Source: Azolla caroliniana
Lineage: Eukaryota; Plantae; Polypodiophyta
Reading direction: 5' to 3'
Assembly: GCA_043228905.1 (NCBI GenBank)
Contig: JBHGNT010000013.1
Span: 11,098,001 to 11,162,000 of the forward strand
DNA length: 64,000 nt
Part shown: piece by piece, positions 11,695-25,365 of the stretch
How positions within the stretch are numbered: the stretch's first letter is position 1
Layout: each line of letters starts with the position of its first letter
Translations under genes and position numbers: made by a program
Notes under the pieces: model-generated
Told to the model about the DNA's origin: nothing
Seen by the model: only the letters and a program-made list of their open reading frames with translations
Database searches by the model: none

Positions 11695-12640
11695 CCAGCT
11701 CTAATGGCGCATTCCGTCTCATTGGTGGTCTTGACCGAAAGGAGGTTCGGTTTTGTTTGCTGACCAAGCAATTGGTGCACTTCTCATGTTGCACGTCCTT
11801 CACCAGAATAAGATTGTCTTCGGCAAGCCTCTTCATCCCCTTCTCACTCATGTGACACAGTCTTTTGTGCCACAGCTCACCGGCAGTGTCGGATGCTACG
11901 TTCACTTCTTCCCGGCATATCCATGCATGCATAAGATACAATGTGTTGACCTTCTGGGATCTAGCCACTATTAGGCTCCCTTTGCTGAATTTCATGAATC
12001 CGTTCCAGATGATACCTGTGTAGCCTTCATCATCTAGCCGACCGGCTGATATCAAGTTCAGTTGAACCTTCGAAACATGTCAGACATCCTTCAGTAGCAA
12101 CTTGCATCTGGTTGATGTCGTCAACAACACATCTCTTATGCCGATAATTCGACATGTACCTTCTGATAGGAACCGCAACGCTCCTTATACGCAACGCTCG
12201 GCCACAACCGAGCTTAGAATCATACACAGAAAACGGGAAATAATGCACGACACGAAGAAGAGAAAAGTACGCAGGATGTTTACGTGGAAAACCCAAACTA
12301 AGGGAAAAACCACGGCAGCCCACAGGCTGCAAACTATCACTATGTTAGAATGTACAACAATGAGTTCACGGAGGCAACGACCTCGTGCTCACGATCTTCG
12401 CCAGAGGCAGCGGTTACAACAGAGGCAACAACCCCTTTCTCTCTCTCTCACTCTCTGTACACAGTTACGCGCTCACTCTATATACACGCAGACAAGAATT
12501 ACAACAACAGTAGTAACTAAAAGTTTGCCCTAAGTCATATTTATACTAATATGACTTTTTGGCTATTTACAAATATAGCCGCGATGGACTCTCAAAAACA
12601 TATTTACGAATATGTCTCTTCATCCAGTGAGCATTCCTCA

Positions 12641-12856
12641 TCGGGTCTGCACCATCCGGCTCTCCGTAGCCGAGTACTCCTCATCCGGTTCTCACCGGGT
12701 CTGCACCATCCGGCTCTCCGTAACCGGGTACTCCTCATCCGGTTCTCACCGGGTCTGCACCATCCGGCTCTCCGTAACCGGGTACTCCTCATCCGATTCT
12801 CACCGGGTCTGCACCATCCGACTCTCCGTAGCCGGTTACTCCTCATCCGGTTTCGG
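12641..12856. repeat. 54-bp tandem repeat x4 in U3 of A2 3' LTR
   Basis: Unit ccgggtctgcaccatccggctctccgtaaccgggtactcctcatccggttctca. Confidence 0.9.
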
Positions 12857-12934
12857 CCTCGGCCGAGTTTGTTCATCGGCACTATTCTTCTCCCTTCCCA
12901 TCCGGAGGGACCTGTCTCCCAACAAACTCCCCCT

Positions 12935-15900
12935 TCACTCCGGCATGGGATGTCTTACTAGTCCGATCCTCTTCCGGCATGCATCCAGCTTGTCGGGTAT
13001 CAGCACTTTGGTCAGCATATCTGACCCGTTCTCGGCCGTGTGAATCTTCGTCAGCGCGAACTCCTGGTAATCTACTCTTTCCTGGATCCGGTGATACCTT
13101 CGTTGGATATGCTTCGTCCGGGAATGGTAGGCCGCATTCTTAGCAAGGTGGATGGCACTTTGACTATCGCAATAGAGCCGGTATTCATCTTGCCGGATAC
13201 CGAGCTCTCTGATGAAGTCCTTCATCCATAATATTTCCTTGCCGGCTTCCACAGCCGCCATGTACTCCGCCTCCGTGGTTGACAATGCAACCGTCTTCTG
13301 CAGCCTCAACTGCCAAGAAACAACTCCCCCTGCATATGTCATTACATACCCGGATGTAGACCGGCTGGTATCCACATCAGCCGACATGTCTGAATCGGTG
13401 AAACCGTCAAGTTGAGGTTTTCCGGAGCCGAATCGGAGACACATATTTGAAGTGCCCTTCAAATACCGGAGTATCCATTTGACCGCGTTCCAGTGCTCCT
13501 TGCCGGGATTGCTCATAAACCAGCTCACCACTCCGACTGCGTATCCTATATCCGGTCGGGTACAAACCATTGCGTACATTAAGCTCCCGACGGTAGAGGC
13601 ATATGGAATCTTCATCATATCCGCCTTCTCTACTTTCGTCTTCGGGCTTTGCTTACCGGATAGCCTGTAGTTTGCCGGAAGTGTCGATTTGACCGGTTTC
13701 GCATCTAACATGTTGAACCGGTGAAGCACCTTTGTCACGTACTTCTCCTGTGACAGCCATAATTGCTTCACTGACCGGTTCCGGATAATATGCATCCCCA
13801 GCATCTGTCTTGCCGGACCCAAGTCTTTCATTGAGAAGGTCCGGTTGAGAGCCTTCTTCAGCATCCGTATTTTGACTTGGTCCCGTCCGACGATCAACAT
13901 GTCGTCCACGTACAGAAGGAGTATCAGGAAGTCGCCTCCTTCGAACTTCTTCACAAATACGTAGTGATCGGCCTGCGTCTTGTGGTACCCTTGATCGGTC
14001 ATGAAGGAGTCGAACTTCCGGTACCATTGCCGGGGGGCCTGCTTCAACCCGTACATGCTCTTCTTCAGCCAGCATACCAGGTGCACCTTCCCTTTCTCCA
14101 CGAATCCTTCCGGTTGCTGCATGTAGATCTCCTCTTCGAGGTCGCCGTGAAGGAATGTCGTCTTCACGTCCAGCTGCTCTACCTCAAGGTCCATGCTCGC
14201 CGCTATACTCAACACCGTCCGGATGGAGGTCATCTTTACTACCGGGGCAAATATCTCGTCGAAGTCCACGCCCTTCTTCTGCTAGAACCCCTTCACCACG
14301 ATCTTGGCTTTGTATCTCGGGGGGTTGCCGGCATCTCTCGGTTTCAGCTTGTACACCCACTTGTTTCGGAGTGCCCGCTTTCCTTTCGGCAACTCCATCA
14401 ATTCGTACGTCTGGTTCTCATGCAGGGAATCCATCTCATCCTGCATGGCACTTAACCATTTTCGGCTGTGGGTGTCATCCTTCGCTTCTTCGAAGCTTTC
14501 TGGCTCCCCCTCATCGGTCAACAGAACATGCTCTGCATCCGGAAATCTCTGGGGCGCCCTTCTCTCTCTGAGAGGATATCTCCGTCTTCGGGCTTCGGTA
14601 ACCGGCTCCTCCATTTGTTCTTCATCCGAATCCGATTCGGGGTCTTGGCCGGTTCCGGTTTCAGCTTCCTCTACTTCTTCTTCAGCCTGTTCGGTATCCT
14701 CACCGTAACTGGCTGGCTCCTCGAGTGCTAACCGGTCTCTTGCCGGTTGGGTCTGTTCATTGTAGAGTCTATCCTTACCGGTCGACTCAGAGTTCATTAT
14801 CTTCCTCTCCGACTCCTAGTCGGCGAGCGTCTTGTCCTCCATAAAGATAATATCTCGACTCCAGAATACCTTCTTGTCGATCGGGTCCCACACTCGGTAG
14901 CCGAACTCATTGTCACCGTAACCGAGGAATATGCATGGACGGGTCTTTGGATCTAACTTTCCTCTCCGGTCCTTAGCTACATGTACATACGCGAGCCACC
15001 CGAACACCTTCAAATGCCGGTAGGATACTTCCTTACCGGTCCACACTCTCTGTGGCGTGTCTCCGTCCAAGGGTACTGAGGGTGATCTATTTATCACATA
15101 TATCGCCGTCGACAATGCCTCAGCCCAAAACTTCTTGGGTAGTTTTTGCATGCGCCAGCATACCCCGGACCCTCTCCATTATGGTCCGGTTCATCCTCTC
15201 GGCCAACCCGTTTAGTTCCGGCGTCTTCGGCACGGTAAATTCGAGCTGGATTCCCTTCGAGCAGCAGTACTCCTCGAACTGCCCCCGGTATTCTCCTCCG
15301 TTATCTGCTTGAACCGCCTTCAGCTTCTGGCCGGTTTCTCTTTCCACTCTCGCGTGGAGCTCTTTGAAGATGGATAGCACCTGATCCTTCGTCTTCAACG
15401 GTGTGGCCCACAGCTTCCGGCTGTGGTCATCTATGAATGTCACGAAGTACTGCGCTCTGGCATGTGATTTCGTGTCTACTTGACACACATCTGTATGCAC
15501 GAACTCTAGTGGTGCATTACGTCTCATCGGTGGCCTTGGTCGGAAAGAGGTCCGGTTTTGCTTACCGGCCAGACAATCAGTGCACTTCTCCAAGTGCACG
15601 TTCTTCACTAGAATGAGGTTGTCGTCTGCAAGCCTCTTCATCCCCTTCTCGCTCATATGACACAACCTCTTGTGCCACAGCTCACCGGCAGTGTCGGATG
15701 CCACGTTCACTTCTTCCGGACATAACCGGGCATTCATCAGGTACAGTGTGTTGACCTTCCGGGCCCGAGCCACAATTAGGCTCCCTTTGCTAAACTTCAT
15801 GACACCGTTCTGGATGCTACCCATGTAGCCTTCATCATCTACCCAACCGGCTGATATCAGGTTCAGACGAACCTCCGGAACGTGTCGGACATCCTTCAGC

Positions 15901-16982
15901 AGCAACTTGCATCCGGTTGGTGTTGTCAGCCACACGTCTCCTATGCCGACAATTCGGCATGTACCTTCATTCCCCATCCGGACACAACCGTGATCACCGG
16001 CTGCGTAGAATGAGAAGCATTTCCAGTCCGGAGTAAGGTGGAACGATGCTCCAGAGTCTACCACCCAGGTCATCTCGTCGCCGGCAAGGTTTATCTCACT
16101 CTCCTCGGTGATGAGCATCAACTCTTCTTCACTTGCCGCGATTGCCGTCGTTCCCTTCCGGTCCGGCCCCCTCCAGTCTTTACCGTTCCGGTCTGGGGTC
16201 CGCTTCGAATCGGTATCGTCGGTTTCCTTGTCTTTTCGGAAATGCCGACAGTTCTTTTGGAAGTGTCCTGGCTTGCCACAATAGAAGCAAGTAGGCCTTC
16301 CCCTTGACTTTGACCATGTCCCCGACTTCTCCCAGTTCTGGGGACTACGGTTTCTATGTCTTCCATGTTCCGATTCGGTAAGGAGCGCTTTGGAGTCGGA
16401 GCTCGTATCTTTGTCTTTCCGACGCGCCTCCTCATCTAGCAAGTTCGACTTTACTCTTGCTAGGGATAACCGCTTTCCTTCCGGCCCGGCGTTGTCCAAA
16501 GTGACAACCAACGTCTCTTAGCTATCCAGGAGGGAACCGAGTAGGAGTAGCGCAAGTACCTCATCGGTGAGAGGTACTTCCAATGAAGTTGCCTGGTGGA
16601 TCAGCCCCTGGAAGGCATTCATGTGCTCCGCCATGCTGGAGCCATCTTGGTACCGGAGTCTTACTAGCTTCCGGAACACCGAAACTTGATTAACAACATT
16701 TTTGTTTTGAAACATAATGCCGATCTTCTCCCAGAGCTCATGAGCCTTGCTCTCTTCATTGAAGTTGTTGTATAGGCTCATGTCGATGAAGCACCGTATG
16801 TAAGCCGTTGTCTTCATGTGCATCACCTCCCATACCGTGGCATCGATTTTTTCCGATCTCTTGTCCCCAAACTGAACCGACAACCAAAGATCTTTAACCA
16901 CGAGCATGTCCCTCATCTTCGACTTCCATACCGAATAGTTGGAGCCGGTGAGCTTGAACATGCCGCCAAACGATTCGTCCAT
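12935..16982 (-). pseudogene. A2 gag-pol with several stops and a frameshift
   Basis: ORFs 16518-16982, 15120-16511 (CFYCGKPGHFQKNC, WVVDSGAS), 14816-15151, 14282-14797, 12935-14269 (YVDD, SRTKHI). Confidence 0.93.
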
Positions 16983-16997
16983 TTTCTGTGTTGTTTC

Positions 16998-17009
16998 GCT
17001 CTGATACCA
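16998..17009 (-). promoter_or_regulatory. tRNA-iMet PBS of A2
   Basis: TGGTATCAGAGC 2 nt from the 5' LTR. Confidence 0.95.
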
Positions 17010-17488
17010 ATTGACAGGAACCACAACACTCCTTATACACAACGCTCGGCCACAACCGAGCTTAGAATCATACATAGAAAACGGGAAATAATGCACGACA
17101 CGAAGAAGAGAAAAGTACGCAGGATGTTTACGTGGAAAACCCAAACTAAGGGAAAAACTATGGCAGCCCACAGGCTACAAACTATCACTATGTTAGAATG
17201 TACAACAGTGAGTTCACGGAGGCAACGACCTCGTGCTCACGATCTTCGCCAGAGGCGGCGGTTACAACAAAGGCAACAACCTCTTTCTCTCTCTCTCACT
17301 CTCTGTACACAGTTACCCGCTCACTCTATATACACGCAGACAAGAATTATAACAACAGTAGTAACTAAAAGTTTGCCCTAAGTCATATTTATACTAATAT
17401 GACTTTTTGGCTATTTATGAATATAGCCGCGATGGACTCTCAGAAACATATTTACAAATATGTCTCTTCATCCGGTGAGCATTCCTCA

Positions 17489-17758
17489 CCGGGTTTGCAC
17501 CATCCGGCTCTCCGTAGCCGGGTACTCCTAATCCGGTTCTCACCGGGTCTGCACCATCCGGTTCTCCGTAGCCGGGTACTCCTCATCCGGTTCTCACCGG
17601 GTCTGCACCATCCGACTCTCCGTAACCGGGTGCTCCTCATCCGGTTCTCACCGGGTCTGCACCATCCGGCTCTCCGTAACCAGGTACTCCTCATCCGGTT
17701 CTCACCGGGTCTGCACCATCCGGCTCTCCGTAGCCGGGTACTCCTCATCCGGTTTCGG
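17489..17758. repeat. 54-bp tandem repeat x5 in U3 of A2 5' LTR
   Basis: Same unit; explains the 815 vs 761 bp LTR lengths. Confidence 0.9.
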
Positions 17759-17826
17759 CCTTGGCCGAGTTTGTTCATCGGCATTGTTCTTCTCCCTTCC
17801 CATCCAGAGGGACCTGTCTCCCAACA

Positions 17827-18836
17827 CCTTCATTCCCCATCCGGACACAACCATGATCACCGGCTGTGTAGGATGAGAAACATTTCCGATCCGGTGTCAG
17901 GTGGAACGACGCTCCGGAATTGACAACCCACGGTGTCTCGTCGCCAACAAGGTTTAACTCATTCTCCTCGGTAATGAGCATCAGTTCCTCTTCGCTTGTC
18001 ACGATTGTCGACGTTCCTTTTCGATCTGGGCCTCTCTGGTCCGAACCATTTTGGTCCGAACTCTTCTTTGAATCGGTGGTGCCGGTTTCTTTTTCTTTCC
18101 GGAAATGTTGAGAGTTCTTCTGGAAGTGCCCTGGGTTCCCACAGTAGAAGCATGTGGGCCTCTCCCTTGACTTCGACCTCGTCCCCGATTTGTCCCGGTT
18201 TTGGGGACTCCGATACCGGCCTCTTCCCCGGTTGTGGTCATCTTCTGTAACCAAGGTCTTCGGATCGGTTCCAGACTCCCGGTCCTTTCGGCGAGCTTCT
18301 TCATCTAGCAAGCTTGATTTTACCCTTGCTAGGGACAATTGCTTTCCTTCCGGCCCGACGTTGCCCAACGTGACAACTAACGTTTCCCAACTGTCCAGGA
18401 GGGAACCGAGCAGGAGTAATGCGAGTACCTCATTGGCGAGAGGTACTTCCAGCAAGGTTGCCTAGAAGGCATTCATATGCTCCGCCATACTAGAGCCGTC
18501 CTTGTATCGGAGCCTCACGAGCTTCCAGAATACCGAAACCCAATTAATAGCATTCTTGTTCTGGAACATGATGTCGATCTTCTCCCAGAGTTCATGAGCC
18601 TTGCTCTCTTCATTGAAGTTGTTGTACAGGCTCATGTCGATGAAGCACCGGATGTATGCCGTCGTCTTCATGTGCATCACCTCCCACACTGTGGCGTCGA
18701 ACTTATCCAGTCTCTTGTCCCCGAACTGAATCGGCAACCAAAGATCTTTAACCACTAGCATATCCCTCATCTTCGACTTCCACACTGAGTAGTTGGAGCC
18801 GGTGAGCTTGAACATGCCATCAAACGATTCTTGCAT
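17827..18836 (-). pseudogene. A1 gag-protease fragment
   Basis: ORFs 18462-18836 and 17775-18455, close to A2 Gag. Confidence 0.9.
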
Positions 18837-18865
18837 TTCCTATGTGGTTCACTCTAATACCATAT

Positions 18866-19152
18866 TGAAGAGAATAGCGCGGACTACTGCTCGGCCACAA
18901 CCGAGTAATGAATCACTTCAATGAGAATGAAACACAGAAATGGGAAATAGAGAGGGAACACAGATACACACACAAACTACGATAGAGGATACACAAGATG
19001 TTTACATGGAAAACCCTAATAGGGAAAAATCACGGGAGCCCACAGACTCCAAACTATCACTATATAAGAAAGGTACAAAATAGACACTCGGAGGCAATGA
19101 CCTCGAGCTCTGTATCTTCGCTAGTCGACGGTTACAACAAAGTATCGCCCTG

Positions 19153-19206
<54 letters not shown>

Positions 19207-19463
19207 CAGCCGTTATACACATACAACAATATGACAACAACACATCTCTAAGTGATTGCCCTAAGTCATATTTATACTTATATGAACTTAGGGCTATTTA
19301 CAAATATAGCCTCAATAGGCTTACTCAAAATATATTTACAAATATGTCTTCTCTTCCGGTTCTCACCAGGTCCATCCGATCCGGTTTCCGGATATCTTCC
19401 GGTTCTCACTGAGTCCTCTTCATTCATAACCGGATCCCATCCGGAGGGATCGATTCCCCAACA
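18866..19463 (-). repeat. A1 5' LTR with (CT)n tract
   Basis: TG...CA; homologous to other family-A LTRs; adjacent degenerate PBS. Confidence 0.88.
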
Positions 19464-21115
19464 GTTCTTCTAGCGGGAGGACCGACGTAATTTGTCATCA
19501 CTCGGTTTGGGGCCCTTCTTGGCCAATTCGGACTTCCTTTCGAAAGATCCGCCTTCTCCCTTTTCGGGGTTAGATTCGCTCTGATCCGACCCTTCACTAC
19601 CGGTGTCGTATTCCGACATCTTCTTCTTCCCCTTCTCTTTGTGCGTGAACCGTCTCCTTGGTTCCTTGCGCGGAGAGAGCACGACAAAGTCTCCATTACT
19701 CACCAGTTCTTCATCCGACTAGTCATCCCGACTCAACCACTCATTCGGCCCACTTATCTAGAATGAGATCAGACTCTCTTCTAGAATGCTGAAGTCTTCA
19801 TCTTCTACCTGGACCTCCTCGGGCTCACTAGCTTACTCGGACCTGCTTAGTCTGGGGGTTATATCACTTATACCCATTTTGCTCATGCGAGTAACCGACT
19901 AGGATGCACTTCTCCAACTTCGAATCTAGCTTCTTCCCCTTCTCATCCGGTACATGCACATGTGCTATGCTATCGAATATTCGAAGGTGCCTCAAATTCG
20001 GCTTCCGCCCGAAATACAGCTCATGTGTTTACACCTTATCTCCGATCTAGTTTTGGATGTAGACGACCGTCCGGACTGCCTCAACCCAATAGAATTGGGG
20101 CATGCCTTTCTCCTGCAGCATTGCCCTTGCCGCGTCGACAATCAACCGGATCTTCCTTTCGGCCACACCGTTTTGCTCCGGTTTGTATCTGTAGCTGAAT
20201 TCTCTACGAATTCCGTTCTACTGCAGATAACTGTTGGATTGCCGGGAAAAGTATTATTTTCCGCCATCTGATCGCAGGCACTTGATCTTCCTCTTCGTTT
20301 CCTATTCAACTAAGCTTTGAAAGTTTCGGAAACAATCAAAGTCTTTGCGCTTCCTCTCAATGAGGTAGATCCATGTGTGTTGGCTGTAGTCGTCGATGAA
20401 GGAGAAGAAGTATCGACTCCCATCAAGACTAACGTTCTGTGCCGGTCCCCATACATTCGAATGTATTAGATCAAGCTTGTTACAGCTCTAGTTTCATTCG
20501 GTGGGGAATGGAAGCGGTGTTGCTTCCCGAGTTGGCAGGCTTCACAAACTTGGGCCTTCCGGCCACTAAATTTCGGCAAACCAAACACAACTTGTTTCGA
20601 TTGCAGGTCTTAAAGCCTCCGGTAATTGACGTGGCCGATCTATTAGGGATTGACGCTTTCCAACCGTCACCTCTCGGCCACAACCGAGGAAACACGAATC
20701 AATGCAGCAGAAAATCGAAAACACAGAGAGAGACTCGAATGCACAGGATTTATCGTGGAAAACCCTAGACGGGAAAAACCACGGGAGTGTAAGACTCCAA
20801 CTATCACTATACGCAGGGAATGTACAATGGCGAGCTGTAAGGCGACGACCTTGAGCTCGCTGTCCTCGCCACAGGCGGCGGTATTACACAGAGGCGTCGA
20901 CCTCTTCCTTTCTCTCTCTCTCTCGGCTGCTCTCACTTCGCTCCCTCTAAGTGGAAAACAGAAACATGAGCAACAACCCCAACAAACTGTTTGCCCTAAG
21001 TCATATTTATACACATATGACTTTCGGGCTATTTACAAATATAGCCTCTAGGACCCTTGGCAAACATATTCACAGATATGTCCCCGCATCCGGATCTCTC
21101 TCCGGGTACATTCAT

Positions 21116-21199
21116 CATCCGACTCCGTAGCCGGGGTCTTCATCATCCGGCTCCGTAGCCGGGGTCTTCTTCATCCGGCTCCGTAGCCGGGGTCTTCTT
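21116..21199. repeat. 28-bp tandem repeat x3 in A3 U3 (also 25861-25944)
   Basis: Unit catccggctccgtagccggggtcttc(a/t)t. Confidence 0.85.
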
Positions 21200-21291
21200 C
21201 ATCCTCCGGTTCCGTAACCGCAACCGGGCTTGCCGTCATTCATCTCCGGACATCCCATCCGGAGGGACCGAAATCCCAACAAACTCCCCCT

Positions 21292-24200
21292 TCACTTCGG
21301 CATGGGATGTCTCTCCAATCCGATCCTCTTCCGGCATGCTTCCAGCTTGTCGGGTGTGAGTACCTTGGTCAGCATATCCGACCCGTTCTCGTCCGTGTGG
21401 AACTTCGTCAGCACGAACTCCTGGTCTTCTATCCTTTCCCGGATCCAGTGATATCTTCGCTGGATGTGCTTCGTCCGGGAATGGTAGGCCGCGTTCTTCG
21501 CAAGGTGGATGGCACTCTGACTATCGCAGTAGAGTCGGTACTCCTCCTGCCGGATACCGAGCTCTCTAATGAAGTCCTTCATCCATATTATTTCCTTGCC
21601 GGCTTCAACAGCCGCCATGTACTCCGCCTCCGTGGTTGACAACGCAACCGTCTTCTGCAGCCTCGACTGCCACGAAACAGCTCCTCCTGCATACGTCATC
21701 ACATACCCTGATGTGGACCGGCTGGTATCTGCATCAGCCGACATATCCGAATCGGTAAAGCCGTCGAGATCGGGCTTACCGGAGCCGAATCGGAGGCACA
21801 CGTTTGCCGTGCCCTTCAGGTATCGGAGTATCTACTTGACCGCGTTCCAGTGCTCTTTGCCGGGATTGCTCATGTACCGGCTCACCACTCCGACGGCATA
21901 TCCTATGTCCGGTCTTGTACACACCATTGCGTACATCAAGCTTCCGACGGCAGAGGCATATGGTACTTTCATCATGTCCTTCTCAGCCTTTGTCTTGGGG
22001 CTTTGCTTGCTGGACAACTTGCAGTTTGCCGGGAGGGTTGACCCGACCGGTCTTGCTTCCGACATGTTGAACCGGTGAAGCACCTTCGTCACGTACTTCT
22101 CCTGTGACAGCCACAACTGCTTCTTCTTCCGGTCCCGGATGATGTGCATCCCTAGTATTTGCCTCGCCGGACCCAGGTCCTTCATTGAGAAGGTTCGGTG
22201 AAGCGCTTTCTTCAGCATCTGTATCTTGACCTGGTCCCGTCCGACGATCAACATGTCGTCCACGTACAGGAGGAGTATTAGAAAGTCTCCTCCTTCGAGC
22301 TTCTTCACAAACACGCAGTGATCGGACTGCGTTTTGTGGTACCCTTCGTCGGTCATGAAAGAGTCGAACTTCCGGTACCATTGCCGGGGAGCCTGCTTCA
22401 GTCCGTAAAGGCTCTTCTTCAACCGGCATACCAGGTGCTCCTTCCCTTTCTTCTCGAATCCTTCCGGTTGCTGCATGTAGATCTCTTCTTCGAGGTCACC
22501 GTGAAGGAATGCCGTCTTCACGTCCATCTGTTCTACCTCGAGGTCCATGCTTGCCGCTATGCTCAGCACCGTCCGGATGGAGGTCATCTTCACTACCGGG
22601 GCAAATATCTCGTCGAAGTCGACGCCCTTCTTCTGCTGAAACCCCTTCACCATGATCCTGGCTTTGTATCTCGGGGGGTTTCCGGCATCTCCCGGTTTCA
22701 GCTTGAACACCCACTTGTTTCGAAGTGCCCTCTTTCCTTTCGGCAACTCCACAAGTTCATATGTGTGGTTCTCATGCAGGGAATCCATCTTCTCCTGCAT
22801 GGCACTTAACCACCTGCGACTATGGGTGTCAAGCTTTGCTTCTTCAAAACTCTCCGGTTCCCCCTCGTCGGTTAGCAGCACGTGCTCTGGTTCCGGAAAT
22901 CTCCGGGGGACCCTTCTCTCTCTTAGAGGATATCTCTGTTCCGGAGCTTCGGTAACCGGCTCATCCGTTTCCTCTTCATCCGAATCCATTTCGGGGCCGG
23001 TTCCGGTATCAGTTTCATCTTCCTCGGCCGGTTCTGTTTCTTCACCGTCTTCGGCCGGATCCTCGAGTGCTAACCGGTCCCTTGCCGGTTGGGACTGCTC
23101 TTCGTAGAGTTGATCCTCACCGGTCGACTTGGAGCTCTTCATCTTCTTCTCCGACTCCCAGTCGGCGACTGTCTTGTCCTCCATGAAGATGATATCGCGA
23201 CTCCGGAATATCTTTTTGTCGACCGGGTCCCATACTCGGTAGCCGAACTCGTCATCGCCGTAACCGAGGAATATGCATGGCCGGGTCTTTGGATCTAGCT
23301 TTCCTCTCCGGTCCTTTGCCACATGCACATATACGAGACACCCGAACACCTTCAGATGCCGGTAGGATGCTTCCCTACCGGTCCACACTTTCTGCGGCGT
23401 GTCTCCGTCCAAAGGTACTGAGGGTGATCTGTTTATCACGTATGTCGCCGTCGACATTGCCTCAACCCAAAACCCCTTGGGTAATTTCGCATGCGCCAGC
23501 ATACTTTGGACCCTCTCCATTATGGTCCGGTTCATCCTCTCGGCCAGCCCGTTCAGTTCCGGCGTCTTCGGCACAGTAAACTCGAGCCGGATTCCCTTCA
23601 AGCGACAGTACTCCGCGAACTGCCTCCGGTATTCCCCTCCGTTATCCGCTCGTATCGCTTTCAGCTTCTTGCCGGATTCCCTTTCCACTCTCGCGTGGAG
23701 TTCTTTGAAGACGCACAACACTTGGTCCTTTGTCTTCAACGGTGCCATCCACAGCTTCCGGCTGTGGTAATCAATGAATGTCACGAAGTACTGGGCTCCG
23801 CCATGTGACTTCGTTTCTACTTGACACACGTCAGTGTGCACCAACTCCAATGGTGCGCTACGTCTCGTCGGTGGCCTTGAGTGGAAGGAGGTTCGGTTCT
23901 GCTTACCGGCCAGGCAATCGGTGCACTTCTCTAGGTGCACATGCTTCACTGGAATAAGGTTGTCTTCTGCAAGCCTCTTCATCCCCTTCTCACTCATGTG
24001 GCACAGTCTCTTGTGCCACAGCTCACCGGCAGTGTCGGCTGCCACGTTCAACTCCTCCGGACACAACCAGGCATTCATAAGGTACAGTGTGTTGACTTTC
24101 CGGGCCCGAGCCACTATCAGGCTCCCCTTGCTGAACTTCATTACGCAGTTCCGGATGCTACCTGTGTAGCCTTCATCATCTAGCCTCCCGGCCGAAATCA

Positions 24201-25365
24201 GGTTCAATCGAACCTCCGGAACGTGTCGGACATCCTTCAGCAACATTTTGCATCCGGTCGAGGTTGTCAACCACACGTCTCCTATGCCGACAATCTGGCA
24301 CGTACCTTCATTTCCCATCCGAACACAGCCATGCTCACCGGCTGTGTAGGATGAGAAGTATCTTCTTTCCGGTGTCAGGTGGAACAACGCTCCGGAATCG
24401 ACCACCCAGGTAGTCTCATCGACGGCAATGTTTAGTTCACCTTCTTCGGTGATGAGCATGATCTCCTCTTCACTTGCCGCGAGTGCCGTCGTTCCTTTCT
24501 GGTCCTGCCCTCGCCGATCCGAACCATTCCGGTCTGTGGCTCCCCGGTAAGCACCGTTCCGTTCCGAAGACTTCTTCGAATCGGTGTCGTCGGCTCCGTT
24601 GTCTTTTCGGTAATGCCGACAATTCTTTCGGAAGTGCCCTGGCTTCCCACAGTGGAAGCATGTGGGCCTTCCTCTTGACCGCGACCGGGTCCCCGACTTC
24701 TCCCGTCTTTGCGGACTCCGGTTCCGTTGTCTTCCCCGATCCGATTCGGTAAGCAGCATCTTCGGATCGGAGGCCGGATCTTTATCTCTCCGACGCGCTT
24801 CTTCGTTCAAAATGCTTGTCTTTACCGTTTGTAGGGACAAGTTATCTTCGGTGCAGGAGGTGCTGAGAGTCACCACCAAGTTCTCCCAGCTTTCCGGCAA
24901 TGTACACATCAGCATGATGGCTTGCATTGCATCCTCCAACGGGAACTTGATCGCCGCAAGCTGGTTCACGAATCCCATGAACGTGCTTACGTGTTCCACC
25001 ATACTCTCGCCGTCCCGGTACTTGAGGTTCACTATCTTCCTCATCAGGGAGGTCCGATTCAACGCATTTTTCCTCTCGTAGAGGCCCGACAGCTTCTGCC
25101 ACATCTCATATGCGTTGGTGTCGTTCGCCACATGTTGTAGAACGCTCACGTCGACGTATTGCCGAATGGTTGCAACGGCTTTCCGGTTCAGAAGCCTCCA
25201 TTCCGTCTCAAGTACCCCCTTGGGTATTTCCGACCTGTCGATCGGTTCATACAGGTCCCGAACAATGAGCAGATCCTCCATCTTTATCTTCCAGTCGGCG
25301 TAGTTCTGCGCATTCAGCACCATCATCCCCGGCTGCCCGCTGCTGCCGCCTTCCATTTTCTGCAC
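21292..25365 (-). pseudogene. A3 Gag-Pol, intact apart from one TGG>TAG stop at 21832-21834
   Basis: 1177-aa ORF plus in-frame RNase H ORF 21292-21801; CCHC, DSG, HHCC, DDE, YVDD. Confidence 0.95.

Larger units (their letters stand above)
12164..17826 (-). mobile_element. Copia A2, full length, inserted in related A1
   Basis: LTRs 12164-12924 and 17012-17826; TSD CCTTC at 12159-12163 and 17827-17831; PBS TGGTATCAGAGC; PPT GAAGGGGGAG. Confidence 0.96.
3841..19463 (-). mobile_element. Copia A1 (Tnt1/Tork-like) in three pieces: 3841-5930, 11695-12163, 17827-19463; 3' end deleted
   Basis: Coding sequence is continuous across the G1 and A2 insertions; 5' LTR 18866-19463; degenerate iMet PBS 18851-18862. 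Confidence 0.9.

Noticed and set aside
12551-13043. Repetitive ORFs (GLHHPALR.../GWCRPGENR...) and CRISPR-like periodicity
   Set aside because: These are translations of the 54-bp LTR tandem repeat; no unique spacers and no cas genes
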